Part shown: piece after piece, positions 1 through 12,800 of the stretch
Layout: the number at the start of each line of letters is the position of its first letter
Position numbering within the stretch: the first letter of the stretch is position 1
DNA from: Vitrella brassicaformis CCMP3155
Taxonomy: Eukaryota; Protista; Chromerida
NCBI GenBank assembly: GCA_001179505.1
Contig: CDMY01000434.1
Coordinates: 1 to 64,000, forward strand
DNA length: 64,000 nt
Direction: 5' to 3'
Position numbers and translations under genes: made by a program
The notes under the pieces: generated by a model
The model's input: only the letters and a program-made list of their open reading frames with translations
Database searches by the model: none
Told to the model about the DNA's origin: nothing

Positions 1-1378
1 TGCCCAACAGCTCGGCCACGTCGAGCCTGCAGCTGTCGATGTACACCTTCCTGGGCAAGCTGATGGGGGTGGCCATCCGCGGCCACCACTGCCTCAACCT
101 GGACCTGCCCTCGCTGCTGTGGAACCCGCTGGTGCACCAGACAGTCACCTTGAAGGACCTCGAGGCCATCGATGCACTCTGTGCACAGACGCTCGACAAG
201 GTGAGTGGAGTGAGTCGGGTGGTGTGTTGGTGTCATGCGTGTGTGCACCGGAGGTGGTGGTGCATCCTGTGTTGTGTCTTATGTCGTGTGCAGGTGGCGA
301 ATCTGGAGGGCGAGGGGGTGACGGAGGCGACGTTCCGCGACCTAATCCCCTACACCTTCACGACGACCTCGTCTGACGGGCGTGTGGTGGAGCTGCTGCC
401 CGACGGTGAGCACCGGCCGGTCGAGTGGCACACGCGGCACCTCTTCGTCAGCCTCACCAAGCAGTACAGACTCAATGAGTTCCAGCAACAGGTACACTAG
501 TCAGACAGAAAGGCAGCAAGAGGCAACGGGTCGGTCGTGTGGCATGCATGACCGTCCATGTGGTGGTGTGTGGTGTGGTGTGGTGTGGTTTGTGTTGGGG
601 TCAGATCCGTGCGATTCGCCGTGGGCTGCAGTTGGTGGTGCCGGTGCGGTTCCTGCACTTCTTCACCGGCAGCCAGGTGGAGCGGCTCGTCTGCGGCACG
701 TCGACCATAGACATCGACACACTCAAGGCGCACACGCGATACGTCGGATACTCGGTCCGTCCACCCACCCACACCACACCAGACACCACACACCACAGAC
801 GACACCCCGTCTGTCTACCCTTTTCTCATTTCACAATTGTACAGGCGACCGACCAGGTCATCCGCTGGTTCTGGGAGGTGATGGAGGGCTTCCCGCAGAG
901 GGAGCGGCAGCTGTTCCTCCGCTTCGCATGGGGCAGGTCGCGGCTGCCTCTGCGGTCTGCTGGGCAGTGGGAGCAGGAGATGGAGATACAGCGGCCCTAC
1001 CACCACGACAGACGGCCGCCCAGGTTCCATCCGGGGCCTCCTGGTGCCGCTGCGGCTGCTGGTGTGCCACACGTGGACGAGGGCGATGTGGGTGACGCGG
1101 GCGGACCGTCTTCATCCGCTGCTGGTGGTGGTGGTGGTGTGGCGCCTCGGCGCGAGGACACCATGCTGCCGTCATCACATACCTGCTTCTTCCAGGTGCG
1201 GACACCCGCACCTCACGGGCATTCATCACACTGGCTGAGTATGTGTGTGTGCTGTGTGTACCTCTGTGTGTGTCAGGTTGACCTGCCGGCGTACTCGAGT
1301 GCGGCCATCTTGCGGCAGAAGTTGCTGTACGCCATCACAGAGGGCATAGCCATCGATGCAGGTGGGGGGGTGTCATGA
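1..1378 (+). CDS. HECT-domain E3 ubiquitin ligase, 3' part (HERC-like; 5' end outside window). Exons approx <1-200, 294-491, 605-754, 845-1195, 1277-1378
   Basis: GT-AG spliced exons give MYTFLGKLMGVAIRG..LNLDLPSLLW, VELLPDGEHRPV, VERLVCG..IDIDTLKAHTRY, IRWFWEVM..ERQLFLRFAWGRSRLP and the catalytic LPSSHTCFFQVDLPAYSS..LRQKLLYAI, all canonical HECT motifs. Confidence 0.95.
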
Positions 1379-2191
1379 GTGAATGCCCAGCCAGAGGGGA
1401 AGGAGACACACACTTTCTCTCTCCCTCTCTCTCTCTGTGTCCACCACGCAGACCATGCCGCCCAGGACATCAATTGGGAGAACGTCACTTAGCCGACAGA
1501 CAGACAGACAGACAGACGGACAGACGGACGGACGGACGGACGGAACGGCCAAGTGCATGATACGGTATTTGTGTCTGTCGACCGATGCCCCCCGTGCGCC
1601 ATAGTACTAGCTAGCTCACATAGCTACATAGGTAGCGCGTCGAAGTGTGTGTAGGTGTAGGGTAGGCTGGCGGGCGATGGAGCGTTGTTTCTATGTGTGT
1701 ACATTACATTCATTAGTGTGAGCGGACGGGCATTTACCTGCCTGGGTGAGGGATTGTTCGTGCCGTATCGGGGGTATATCTATCTATCTATCGCATACCC
1801 ACCCCACCCCACCTTCTTGCATGCTCAGCTGCCCGTCTATCTGACCATCCATCCATCCATCAGGATACTTGCTGCTGTGTGTCTATTTATCGCACCCTGA
1901 TTGATTGATGGATGGATGGATGGAGGCCTTTAATGCCTGCATTGCATGCCAAAGCGTTTTTGAAACCCCGGTCTGGTTGGCCTCAGTGTATGTGTGTGGT
2001 GAGATGAGGTGAGATGAGATGAGATGAGGTGAGGTGAGGTTTGGATGGACCCAATCATGTCTACGTGATGTCTGTACGTTGGCGTGCCTGTCTGTCTGTC
2101 TGTCTGTCTGGGTGTGTGTGTGTTTGACCTTTTGCATCGATCAACCGACGAATAGTTGACACATCGATGTGTGTCCATTCACACCGCGTCA

Positions 2192-3481
2192 TCAATCAAT
2201 CAGCCGGCTACGCAAGGAGATGACCATGAGCAAGTAGCGACAGATCAACACGCTACATCGGTCCGTTTGAGCTACATTGGTCTCTGCCATTGGCTCGGTG
2301 CCGTGGCATCTAGCTGTCCTGCAGCCTCCTTCTCTTGGCCTCCCTCTCCACACCCTCACCTGACACATTGAGGCAGACATCACAGCCATGACGCACACAA
2401 GGAATGCATGTGTGTCGCCCTGATCTGGCTCCTCCCCTGCCCCCATCTCACCCTCTTCATCCTCCTGCTGCTGCTGGCGGCCGTCGCCATCGCCCTCGCC
2501 GTCGATGTCGTTAAACTCATCCTCATCCGCACCCTCCTCTGCACACACACACACGCCGATTCATCCGACCGACAGACCGAGGTGGGGGCGGCCGCCTGCA
2601 CACTCACCCTCATCAGCGACTTTCTCCTGTCGGTTGACCACCATATCTGCGATGGTGCTGCCCAGCGGGCCGCCCACCAGAGGGGCGGTGGCGGGCCGGC
2701 GGTCCTTGAAGGCAGCCGATGGATCACCTACTGGCGGCTCGGTGGTGACGACAGAAACAAACACTGAACAGCACACGTCAAAGGATGGCTCAATCACCAG
2801 AGGATCTCTGACCCGCACCCTACCTGTGTCCGTGTTGGCGAAGGTGCCGAGAGTGATCGATGCGACGAATGGGCTGTCGAACGGCGTCAGCAGCAGAATC
2901 CGAGCCTCTGCAGGGGGATCCCTATCGTCCCACCTGCTCGCCACGACGGCGGTGCACCGGTCGGGGGGCTGGTGGGGCGACTGGTTGAGGAGGCCGTGCA
3001 GCACACCGCCGTGAGCATGCCTGACGAGACCAACACATAACAGAGGGAAGAGGCCCTGATGGATGGATGGATCGTTGTGCGTCTGTTTGAGTGTCGTGTT
3101 TCCTGCGTACCGGTCCACAGCAACCCATGGCGTCTTGCCCCAATTCGCCACTGGAGACTCCGCCAGGATGACCCTCATGACGAACGCCGACGCCGAGGCA
3201 TCAGTGGTTTCCTCATCAGTCGTCCAACTGCCCCCCTGCCGGTCGATTGTGGATCTGACGGGGGGGTTGTCGTTGATGGCGTGTGTTTGGTATGCGTGGG
3301 CGGGGTGGAGGGGCGGGTTGATGTCCAGCTCGAAGCCCGGCTCGTCCTTGAGGGCACGCACACCGCCGCCCGGCTGGTCGAACAGCTCACAACGGCCCAA
3401 CTGGCCGCCGAAGTTGACGTGTCGTGTCTGCCGACCATCTTCCACAAACCAATCACACGCACATCCGCCAAATACGCCTAC

Positions 3482-3515
<34 letters not shown>

Positions 3516-3957
3516 CGATGAGTGCCACCCCCCCGCCCCACGCTCATCTGCCCACCTGTTTGCTATCGTGGCGCTGCAGGTCGGCCACAGCCACTGTGAT
3601 GGGCAGCTGGCAGTAGCCTTTCTGCGCCGCCAACTTCAGCGCATTGGTCACCTCGGTCCACTGCTGCGTCTCCACCAGCCAGATGGCCTTCAACACGAGC
3701 TTGGTCTCCAGCTGCAAATCGAATGCGATGATGCCGTCGAGCTGTTTGGCCGCCAGGCAGCGCCCCAGCCGGTTGCGGAGGACGGCAGCCGAGAAGTCGA
3801 TCTGCCTGAGGAATGTCGCTGCGCATCGGAGGCAGCCGACATCCCTCTGTTCGTGGAAGGCATCTCGCTCCTCGCGATGGATGAAATCTATCGCTTCGTT
3901 GACTCTTGTCGGCGGGATGGGCTGCCGGCTGCTGGGTACTGTCACATCATTCCCCAT
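2192..3957 (-). CDS. Hypothetical protein, probably a lineage-expanded family; about 4 exons, 3' end uncertain
   Basis: ORF segments 3957-3556, 3477-3111 and 3055-~2575 plus an acidic exon ~2536-2400 join at GT-AG sites flanked by (GACA)n/(CCAT)n introns; no recognisable domain. Confidence 0.6.
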
Positions 3958-4052
3958 TCTCCAATTCGATAATCCCCAAAATCCTGCCTCGCCGGAAGCG
4001 TTTCACGTAGTGCCCTCCCTGCGAGTGATCGGTGCATCTCGCCTTCAACGCT

Positions 4053-5835
4053 ATGACTGACGCTCCGACGGAGCAGCAGGAGGACATCCTCCTTCGCTTT
4101 CAGGTACACACGTGGCTCACTGATGCCTCCCTCACAGAGTGTCTGCCTGACACACTGTCAGGATATCACCCATGCCGAGAGGTCGCACTCCATCCGGCTG
4201 CTCGACTCCTGCAGCTGGGTCAGGGAGAGAGAGACGAAACATGCCCCCTCCCACTCGTTGAGCCTGTGTGCTTGTCGTGTGTGATTCGTCTCAGGATTTG
4301 GAGCAGGCCGTGTCGCTTCATCTCGCCAATGCAGAGATAGAGAGGCAGGAGACCGCACCCCTCATGGCAGGCCACCACAACAACCACAACCACAACCACA
4401 ACAACACCAACAGCAGCAGCGGCGCCAACCCCAGCGGACCAGTGGCGTCGTCGGTGTCCTCCACCGGCCCTCTGCTGCAGCCGCTCCTCACCGCATCCGA
4501 CCGACCGCCCGCTTCGTCAGTCAGCGCCCCCCCGCCCGGCGCACGCCACGATGACGACGCCGTGTCCACGCGCAGCTCGGTGTCCAGCTGGCTGTTCTCC
4601 CTCGTGCACCGTGCATTCGACACGGTCGTGAGTGTGGGCGGGTCAGTGCTGAGTTTCGTGTCGCTGTTCATCTTCGGCCCGCCGAGCACATCCTTCCCCC
4701 AGATGTTCCGCAAGAAGTACGGCAACGGACCCCGGTTCCTCCCGGGCAGCTTCGGGGCAGCCGTGGCCGACGCCAAGCGGCAGCTCAAGCTGCTGGTGGT
4801 GTATCTGCACAGCGACGACGCGGCGCCCACGGCCTCGTTTTGTCGAGAGGTGCTGGGCGACGAGTTTGTGCGGTCGATGCTGGATGAGCACTTCTTGGTG
4901 TGGGGCGATGAGCTGCGGCACCGGGAGGGCGACCGGGTGGCGCGGCTGCTGCGGTGCAGGAGATACCCACACATGAGCATCGTGCTGCCCGCCTCACTCG
5001 ACGAACTCAGACAGATCGCCATTATGGTGAGGAGGAAACGAGCAGCAGGGAACGAGGGAGGGAGGGAGGTGGCCCGCCATTCTCTCTGTCTTGTCCCCAT
5101 CTGTGTCCATATATCAATGTTCAGGAGGGCGAGATAAACCGCGACAATGTGGTGGCCAACCTGACGCAGTGTCTGGAGCACATGGAGCAGCACCGGGAGG
5201 AGATCAGGCGCAGGCAGGCACAGCACGAGCACGACCGCCTCCTCCGCGCACAGCAGGACGCCGAGTACGAGGAGTCTCTCCGACTCGACGCCGAGCGGGA
5301 TAAGGAGCGGCAGAAGCAGCGGCAAATAGAGATGGAGCGGGAGGCCAAGCTGCGGGCCGCCCAGGAGGCCGCCATCGAGCGGGCCCGTGTGCGCGAGGAG
5401 GAGCGCCAGGCCATCAAGCGCGAGAGGGAGGCCAAGGCCGACGCCTTCAGGAAGGAGGACGCCAGCTTCGCCGCAAACCCGCCGCCCAAGGCCACTTTGA
5501 CCAAGATCGCCCTCCGGCTGCCGAGCGGCGTGCGGGTGGAGCGGGACTTTTTGCGCAGTGCCACCGTAACGACCCTCTACGAGTGGGCGGGCGCCCTGCC
5601 CGCCCTCACGGCCGAGAGGAAGGGGGGTGCGGTGGACGTGCCAGTGAGGTTCATCCTGGGCAGCTCCTTCCCGAGCCGTCAGCTGGAGGCGGCGGGCACG
5701 CAGACGCTCGAGGAGATGGGCCTGTGTCCGAATGCCATGGTGCTCCTGACGCAGCTTGATGATCAGGACTCGGATGAGGAGGAGCTGGTGGACGCTGAGG
5801 AGGGCGGACAGACGGCTCCTGTGGCTGTGGTGTGA
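4053..5835 (+). CDS. UBX-domain protein, FAF2/UBXD8/Ubx2-like (UBA-like, UAS thioredoxin-like, coiled coil, UBX). Exons approx 4053-4103, 4162-4218, 4295-5026, 5125-5835
   Basis: N-terminal ILLRFQ|DIT..LLDSCSW|DLEQAVSLH (UBA-like); FRKKYGNGPRFLPGSFGAAVADAKRQLKLLVVYLHSDD..FCREVL (UAS); LRAQQDAEYEESLRLDAER coil; TKIALRLPSGVRVERDF..FILGSSFPSR..TLEEMGLCPNAMVLL (UBX). Confidence 0.92.
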
Positions 5836-6169
5836 TCATGGCCGGCACGGCGGCGGCAGAGTCGGGAGGTCGGGGGGCAGTGGGGGTGAAGCGTTTGTTC
5901 GTTTGTTTGTGTGTATGTGTGTCTGTCTGTCTGTCTGTCTCGTGTGTGTGTATGTGAGTTTTGATACTGAATGCGTGTGACCATGCGTGTCGACTGTTTG
6001 TGCCTGACTTGAGTGAGTGGACGATTCTTCTTTGCATCTCTCTCAGTATTAAGCGGAAGTCAGCGTGCGTATCCATGCAAGCACTCACTTGAGAATCTCT
6101 CACATACATCTCCATGGACAAGTTAAGGCACCACAGTCGATACGCATCCTCCCTCCCCGCAGCACTCAC

Positions 6170-7978
6170 TCACTGGCTGAGTGTCCTCCTCGCCCTCCCT
6201 CCCCGACCACCATTGCTCGCATGCTGGCCTCTCACCACGTTCCGCCCCCCTGGCCTTCTCCCTTTATCCATGATGGTTTGTGACGTCATCGCCAACACAC
6301 CTGTCCTCTTGTCCATCTTTTCGTGATTTGTGTCGAGTGAGGGCAGGGAGGGGAGGGACTCATATGGGGGCTGGGAGGAGACGGGGCGAGATGATGAGGG
6401 TGGTGCCGGTTTGGCTGCTCTGTCTTGGTGGTGCCTCGTGTCGAACGGAGACACGTCGTATAGGAAGTCTGGGCGTGCAGCCTGTGCTGCTGCTGCTGCT
6501 GCTGCTTGTGGTGCCTGTGGTGGTGGGGCCAGAAGAGAGTGACCTTCTTCTCTCAGGAACTCTTCAAGCATGCCGTGGATGGGCGTGTCATAATGGAAAG
6601 GGTCCCTGCAGCGCGTCAGCTGTCGTAGTTTCGCCTTCAGCTCACGATTCTCCTGCATGTCGACAGGACACAATCAGAACAGCAGTGACTTCCACATCAT
6701 TCTGTTTTGCCCTGCTCCTTGCCTGTGTCAGCTCATCGCAGAGCCGCATGTGGTACATCAGCCCTTCACGCGCAGACGCCACAGCCTGCCAAATGTCCCC
6801 ATTACCAATGCCGTCTGGCCATTTCTGTCTGAACGTCGGCGGCTGTTGCCTCGATGCGGGAACAGGAGAGGGAAAGAACGGCTGTATCCTTGTCTGTGGC
6901 CGCGGGGGCCTCCGTTGCTGCTGCTGCTGCTGCTGCTGCTGCGGTCTGCCAGTCTGCTTTGCGTCGGCGAGGATTGAGTGGAGGTGTTTGATGATGTCCA
7001 AGAGGGTCGGAACTTGGGAAGGTGGGAGGGAGAAAGCCAGGTCGTAGAGAAGCAAAATAACCTGGGAGATGGTCGATGGTTCAGCAGACCGGCCGCTGAG
7101 CCGAGCTGAAAGACACACATGCAGACAGGGAGACATGCACGTGGCGTGTCAGGCTCTGTCTGCCCACCTAATGCCTCAATGCCGGCGATCAGGTCACCGA
7201 TAGGAGGCTCCTCACGCACGTCGCGCGACAGCAGCATCCCCTTTGGCTGGCCCCCATCGCGTGTCGGCTCGATGAGGCCATGCAAGTCTTCCAGGAATCG
7301 CTCGAGGGTTGTCACATTATCCGTGTCTACATCATCTGCAGTTGCGCCGTGCACGGGGCTCACTTTGGCGGTGAACAACGCCCAGTAGCGTCGACAAAGG
7401 GCACTGCATCCACGAGACACACACAAACAATCACCCACCTTTCTGTTTATCGTCTGTTTATCGTGTATATCTCACACGATTGCTGCCAGCAGCGTCAAAG
7501 GAGACGGCCCCTCTTCTCTTGACACTGCCTCCTGTCCCGCCTTCTCAGTCGGTTGCCGGCTGCCATCATACACGGTCAGGGCATCACTCGGTGAGCGCCC
7601 CTCCCTCTCCCCAACAGGCGAAAGGCCCTGCCCATTTGGCGACCGGCTTACATCTTGAGAGGGCGACACGAACAGCAGAAGGACACGGTCATCTGCGTGC
7701 TGTGGCGAGATGGGGAGATGGGGAGACTCTGAGGGATCCGCAACAGCTACTGCAGCAGCAGCAGGATCATGCCTCTTGTCTTCGTGGTCCGGCGGTTCTG
7801 CTGCCGTCACTGCCGCAGCAATGAGAGGATGACCAGACTGGGTGTCCGGCGAGGTGGTTTCCTTTGTGTCCGCGCCGTCATCGTCATCCGTGTGGTGGTC
7901 CTGCTGGAGGAACGCCTGTCGTCCAAGCCATCCGAGGGGACCGGAAGCATGTGCTGCCTCTGCTGGAGCAGAATCCAT
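6170..7978 (-). CDS. Hypothetical protein with low-complexity and coiled-coil segments (several exons; boundaries uncertain)
   Basis: Successive minus-strand ORFs (7978-7472, ~7390-7150, ~7110-6680, 6660-6290) with coding-like composition (MQENRELKAKLRQL, LMYHMRLCDELTQARSRAK) separated by short introns. Confidence 0.55.
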
Positions 7979-8075
7979 AATTGTCGGTCACTGCGACTGG
8001 GGCGGCAGTCTGCCACTGCCTCGCGCGAGCCTGAGGCATGCAGTGGGGGCATGCCCCCAGGCTCAAGTGAGACGG

Positions 8076-9655
8076 ATGCAGCTCTCCCACCGCCTTCTGG
8101 CCATTACAGCGGCGCTGTTTCTGCTTGCCAGCAGTGTCTCATGCACCCCCTCGCTGCAGGCTTTCAAAAACAGTCCAGTCGAGACCAACCGACCCACTAC
8201 AGCTGCGGACAGCCTTTCCACCACCGGCAACAACCATGGCGCAGAAACAGCGGAAGCCAGAGAATTTCAGGAGGCAGAAAGGCCCCAGCATGCGCACATG
8301 CTGGGGCGATGGAGCAACCACAGTATCCTCCTGTTGCCGGTATGTTTGGCCATCTTGTTGGCGCTGGCATGGTGGTATCGCACATCCTGGCTGCCATGCG
8401 TCGCAGACAGGTAGGCGACCGAGCAAACGAGGGAGAGATGCATTGGTGGGGTAAGTGACTCGTGCTATCACTGCTATGTACGATAGGGTGTGGTGCACCT
8501 CGTGGAGTGACATTCCTTTGTTGGGTCCATATTTGCCCCGTCTGTGCGGCTGGTGCATCGAAGAAACTCACAACGTCTACCCACACAGCAACCTGAAGGT
8601 AGGTGCAATGCATATACACATACACATATATACACTCACTGTGTCTCTCCCTCCCTCTTTGACAGGTTCGTGTTCATTGCGTCAAGAATCTGCCGAGGTC
8701 GGTGCGGACAGCAACGATGTGATGCAGCCCGGCCTCTGTGTGTCTCCCGTCTCATTCGTCGTGCCGCGCCTCCTTTGTGTTTTGTCAGCTTGGATTTCCT
8801 CTCGAGCAACAAGGCCTACGTCTCGGTAGGGACCTACAGGGAGACACCGACAGAGACACCCGACACATAGGTGCAGTGCACGGATCTACACATAGATGGG
8901 ATGGGTCATCAGATTGCGTGTGGCAACAAGCCAGACCAGACGACCAGCGTTCAGATGGGATGTAAGCCTACCTTTAATAGATAAATGGCGTCAATTGAGG
9001 CTTCGCGACTCCTCATTGATTCATTCAGATTCATTCATCCGTTGGTTGCTGTCGATCGATCAGGTAATACAGAGTGGGAGGAGGACATTGTCGTGACCGT
9101 GCGGCCGGCCGACCGCTACCTCTATCTGAAGGTCATGAACCAAGGCTTCGCGCGCCACGAAACTATCGCAGAGGTGGGTAACACACATTTACCAACAGAG
9201 AGACAGAAAAAGGGAATCTCGCGGCCCACCGGCTGTCTCTTGTGCCTGTCGTCGTCTCTAGTGCCGCATTCCGCTGAAGCGAGAGGTGTACAGCATTCTG
9301 CAAAAGACCCCTGTCCTCAGACGTCGCCACTTTGAGCTCAACAACACAAAGGGACACGAAGGACACGCAGCGAGCGTCGAGCTCAGTTTCGGTGAGACAG
9401 GAGACAGACTGACTGACAGATGCGCACACGTCCGCGTAAAGGCTTCTGCATGTATATGTGTGTACAGAGGACAAGAGCATCGACATACATCTTCTTCCTC
9501 CGTCGCAACAGACTGTGTCTCGATCCCTTGACATGGACGGGGGCCCTCGACAGAGCACGGCCTCGTCTGGCGGGCCCGTGTTGGCCACCTACCAGCCGCT
9601 GCAGCAGCACGACGCAGAGAATCCTCAGGAATCGGGCTGGTTCGCCTTCTCGTGA
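8076..9655 (+). CDS. Signal peptide + single TM + cytosolic C2 domain protein (about 7 exons)
   Basis: Spliced product: MQLSHRLLAITAALFLLASSVSC (signal), ILLLPVCLAILLALAWWY (TM), then LK|VRVHCVKNLP|SLDFLSSNKAYVS|IACGNKPDQTTSVQMG|CNTEWEEDIVVTVRPADRYLYLKVMNQGFARHETIAE|CRIPL (C2 fold pattern); stop TGA 9653-9655. Confidence 0.75.
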
Positions 9656-9850
9656 CGGCCTGCCCAATGTGTGTGAGGACAGATAGGCACGCACTGGAAA
9701 TGGAGCACATATAGGAGGTGACGGATGAAACACATATACAGGATTCAAACGACTTTGTGGTCCATTCATTCGTCATAGACACATGGACAGAGCAGTACAC
9801 GCATCAATGGCTTATCTATCCGCAGACACGCATGAAGGTGCAATTGGTAG

Positions 9851-12800
9851 CTACAGTGGCGGCCCCCCACCCCCGGCCCCCCCTACGGAATATTGTGCTG
9901 CTCTACTGGAGGGCCGTGAGGGTTTGGTCTCGTACTGGATGACGTTGATGTCCAGCAGCGCCTGCAAGTCACCTTCGAGAGCCGATATCTGCGTCTGTAG
10001 CGACCCGATCTCCATCATAGTGGTGGCCGGACGGGGCGGCTTGTCCAATGTCAGTTGCTGCACACATGGACAAAGGGGAGACAGGTAGATGGACAGGAGG
10101 CAAATAGAGTGTCTTTGTGAGTGTGCCCCTCCTTGTCCCACACTGACCTGCGCGTCTACGAGCCCGGCGAGGAACATTTCTGGCACTCCTTCATGTCCGG
10201 CACGGCAGACGGGCCTCACGTCCTCGACGGACAGCTCGTCCTTCTCTGTTGTCACTGTCTGCCGAGGGAGGAAGACAGCCAGACAGACACACACACAGAA
10301 AGACACACAGGCAGACAGACAGACAGACAGGCAAATCGATCAATTGCCCCCGTGTTCGGTTGCATCGCACTTATTCACTGACTGACCTGGAGGACGGTGT
10401 GCCATAGTCTCTCTTGGTCGACCATCTCGAGCACCTCCTTCATCTCACGAGCCTTCTTGTTCAACTGCAGCTGCAGAGAGGATGCAGGGACAGACACACA
10501 TCGACAGTCGACAGTTGGGTGGAGACATCGATACGATTACACACTGATTGATTGATGTATTCTTACGATTTTCTTTTCGGTCTCGTGGTTTCTTGGCGTG
10601 AAGCAGCAGCAGAGCTTCGACCTGAGGAAGAGCAGCCAGTCGTTCTCCTTGTCCTCCACATGGTCCCGCTCCAACTCGTCCATTCTCTTGGTCCGGCTCT
10701 GATTACACACACGCACACACACGATGGCTGCCTCTCTCTCTCTCTGTGCGTGTGTGTGTGTGTGTCTCTCTCTCTCTCACCTGCACGAAGGCGTACGAGT
10801 CAGTGAGTATGGCAATGAACATGTTGAGCAGCACAAGCGTGACGATGCCGATCCACGCCGTCACATACAATGGCGTGGCGCCGGGCGAGGCGTTCTTGAG
10901 CGTCTCGTACTCGATGCCCTCCGTCAGCGTCCTCAGCAGGTACCCGAAGGCCACGTTCCAGGTGCGGAACTCAAACACCCGGGAGCCATACAGCCAGTGG
11001 CCGGCAAAGGTGAAGGCGAATGTGATGAGCACAAAAATGGCCTGCGTGCACGGGAGAGGGAGAGGAAGAGAGAGAGAGAGAAAGAGAGACTCAGGTCAGG
11101 TCACGCAGACCCATGAGGAGGGCGGGGAAGGGGGGTTGGCTTGCCATGAAAGGTATGATGTTTCCCATTGCGTGCGTGAGTACGTCCCAGATGAGCAACA
11201 TGCGCTGGTTGAGCTGCAGGAACTTGAAGAACTTGACAAACGAAAACACCACATTCACCGCAGCCATGTTGGCTGTACCGCACACACACGCATACGGAGA
11301 GCGCGGTGTTTGCTCGTTGTCTTTGTTTGTGTCCCCACCGCCCGCAGCCCACCCAATCCCACCCACCAGTGAAAGAGAAGACTTGTGTGAGCGTGTACAG
11401 GTCCTGGAACTTGTCCACCGACTGTTCCTTGAACGACACACGGTCAGGGCCAAAAGTGCCGATGTACCGCAGCCTGACAAACAAACGAACAGCCCAACAA
11501 CCACAACCCCTTCGTCACTCTCCGCTCATTCCCGCCACCACGTCATCATTCGCTCACCAGTAAGCCATGATGACGACAAAGAAAGTAAGGTTGGCGAGTT
11601 CGACCCAGTTCCAGAACGACTGTGCGTACCGCCATCCCTCCGTCCTCATCTCCATGCCCTCACGCCAGAAGTAGTACAGGAGGGCGAAGAAGAAGACGAG
11701 CTCAAGGAAGGCCCGGAAGCCGTCAATCGACGACGTGTACGGGTACAGACGGGCGCTGAAGATCTGTCATGCATTGCATAGATAGAGGAGCAAAGAGTGA
11801 CTGATTGCATTGCAAGTGTGTGTCTCGCCTAGCCGTGTCTTCCTTCCTGTGCATGTCAAGGTAAGGTACCTCAATGGACGGTATGAAGAGCCCCCCCGGT
11901 CTGATGTCGACCTTGAAGCGGGTGACGGTGCTCATGTCATAGGCGGGATTGTACGCTGAGGACCAAGGAGAGAACAAAAGGGCACAAAGCACGACTGCAC
12001 TGCATTCCTGCCTCTCTCCCCCTCTCCTTGTCTGTCTTACTGTTCATTTCGATTGCGATGCCGCGAGTATTCTCGTCGACCCATCGCTCGGCGACCAAGG
12101 TCTGCAGTATCTCCAGCGTCCGCGTGGCGTTGATCGGCAGGTCAACGTAGTAGCCCGACTTCTTGTACTGCTTGCCGTCGTCGTGCCGTCCCTCGAAGTA
12201 ATTGAGGTCGGTGCTCCAACGAGTGAGATCAGTGGTGGGGCGGTCCGCGTGCTTGTTGCCTGTCTGAGGACACACACAGAGGACACACACACACACACAC
12301 ACACGTGTGTCGGAGACATACGACAGACATCAGAGACATATGAGTGAGTGTCTTACGACAGCTGTGGCCGTGCCGTAGTCTCCCCAGCATGGTCGAGACA
12401 GCTCATGGTTATCTTCCTCAGTCTTGCAGCTGTCTGGAGTCAAACAGGCAGGCAGGCAGGCAGGCAGCCACAATGGGGGGACATTACATCCACACTTATA
12501 CAAATACATGCATGGGGTGTCTGTCTGTCTGTTTTTGGGCTTACCGCGTTCCACCCGTGACTGACGGAGCCTGATCGCAGTCTGCAGGCGATTGTACCTG
12601 GATTGCATTGAAAGGTCCATTCAGATACGAAGAAGGGGGGCGCGCGGGCCAGTGATTCGTGCACCCATTTGGATGGGTGAATGCACTTGTGGACTCGCCT
12701 GCCTACCTCATGACGGGCACATCTTCGTATTCGTGTGACCTGTTGCGCGGCTCCCCATTGTACCACTCACCCTCGAACACATTCCCTGCGCCACAAGTTG

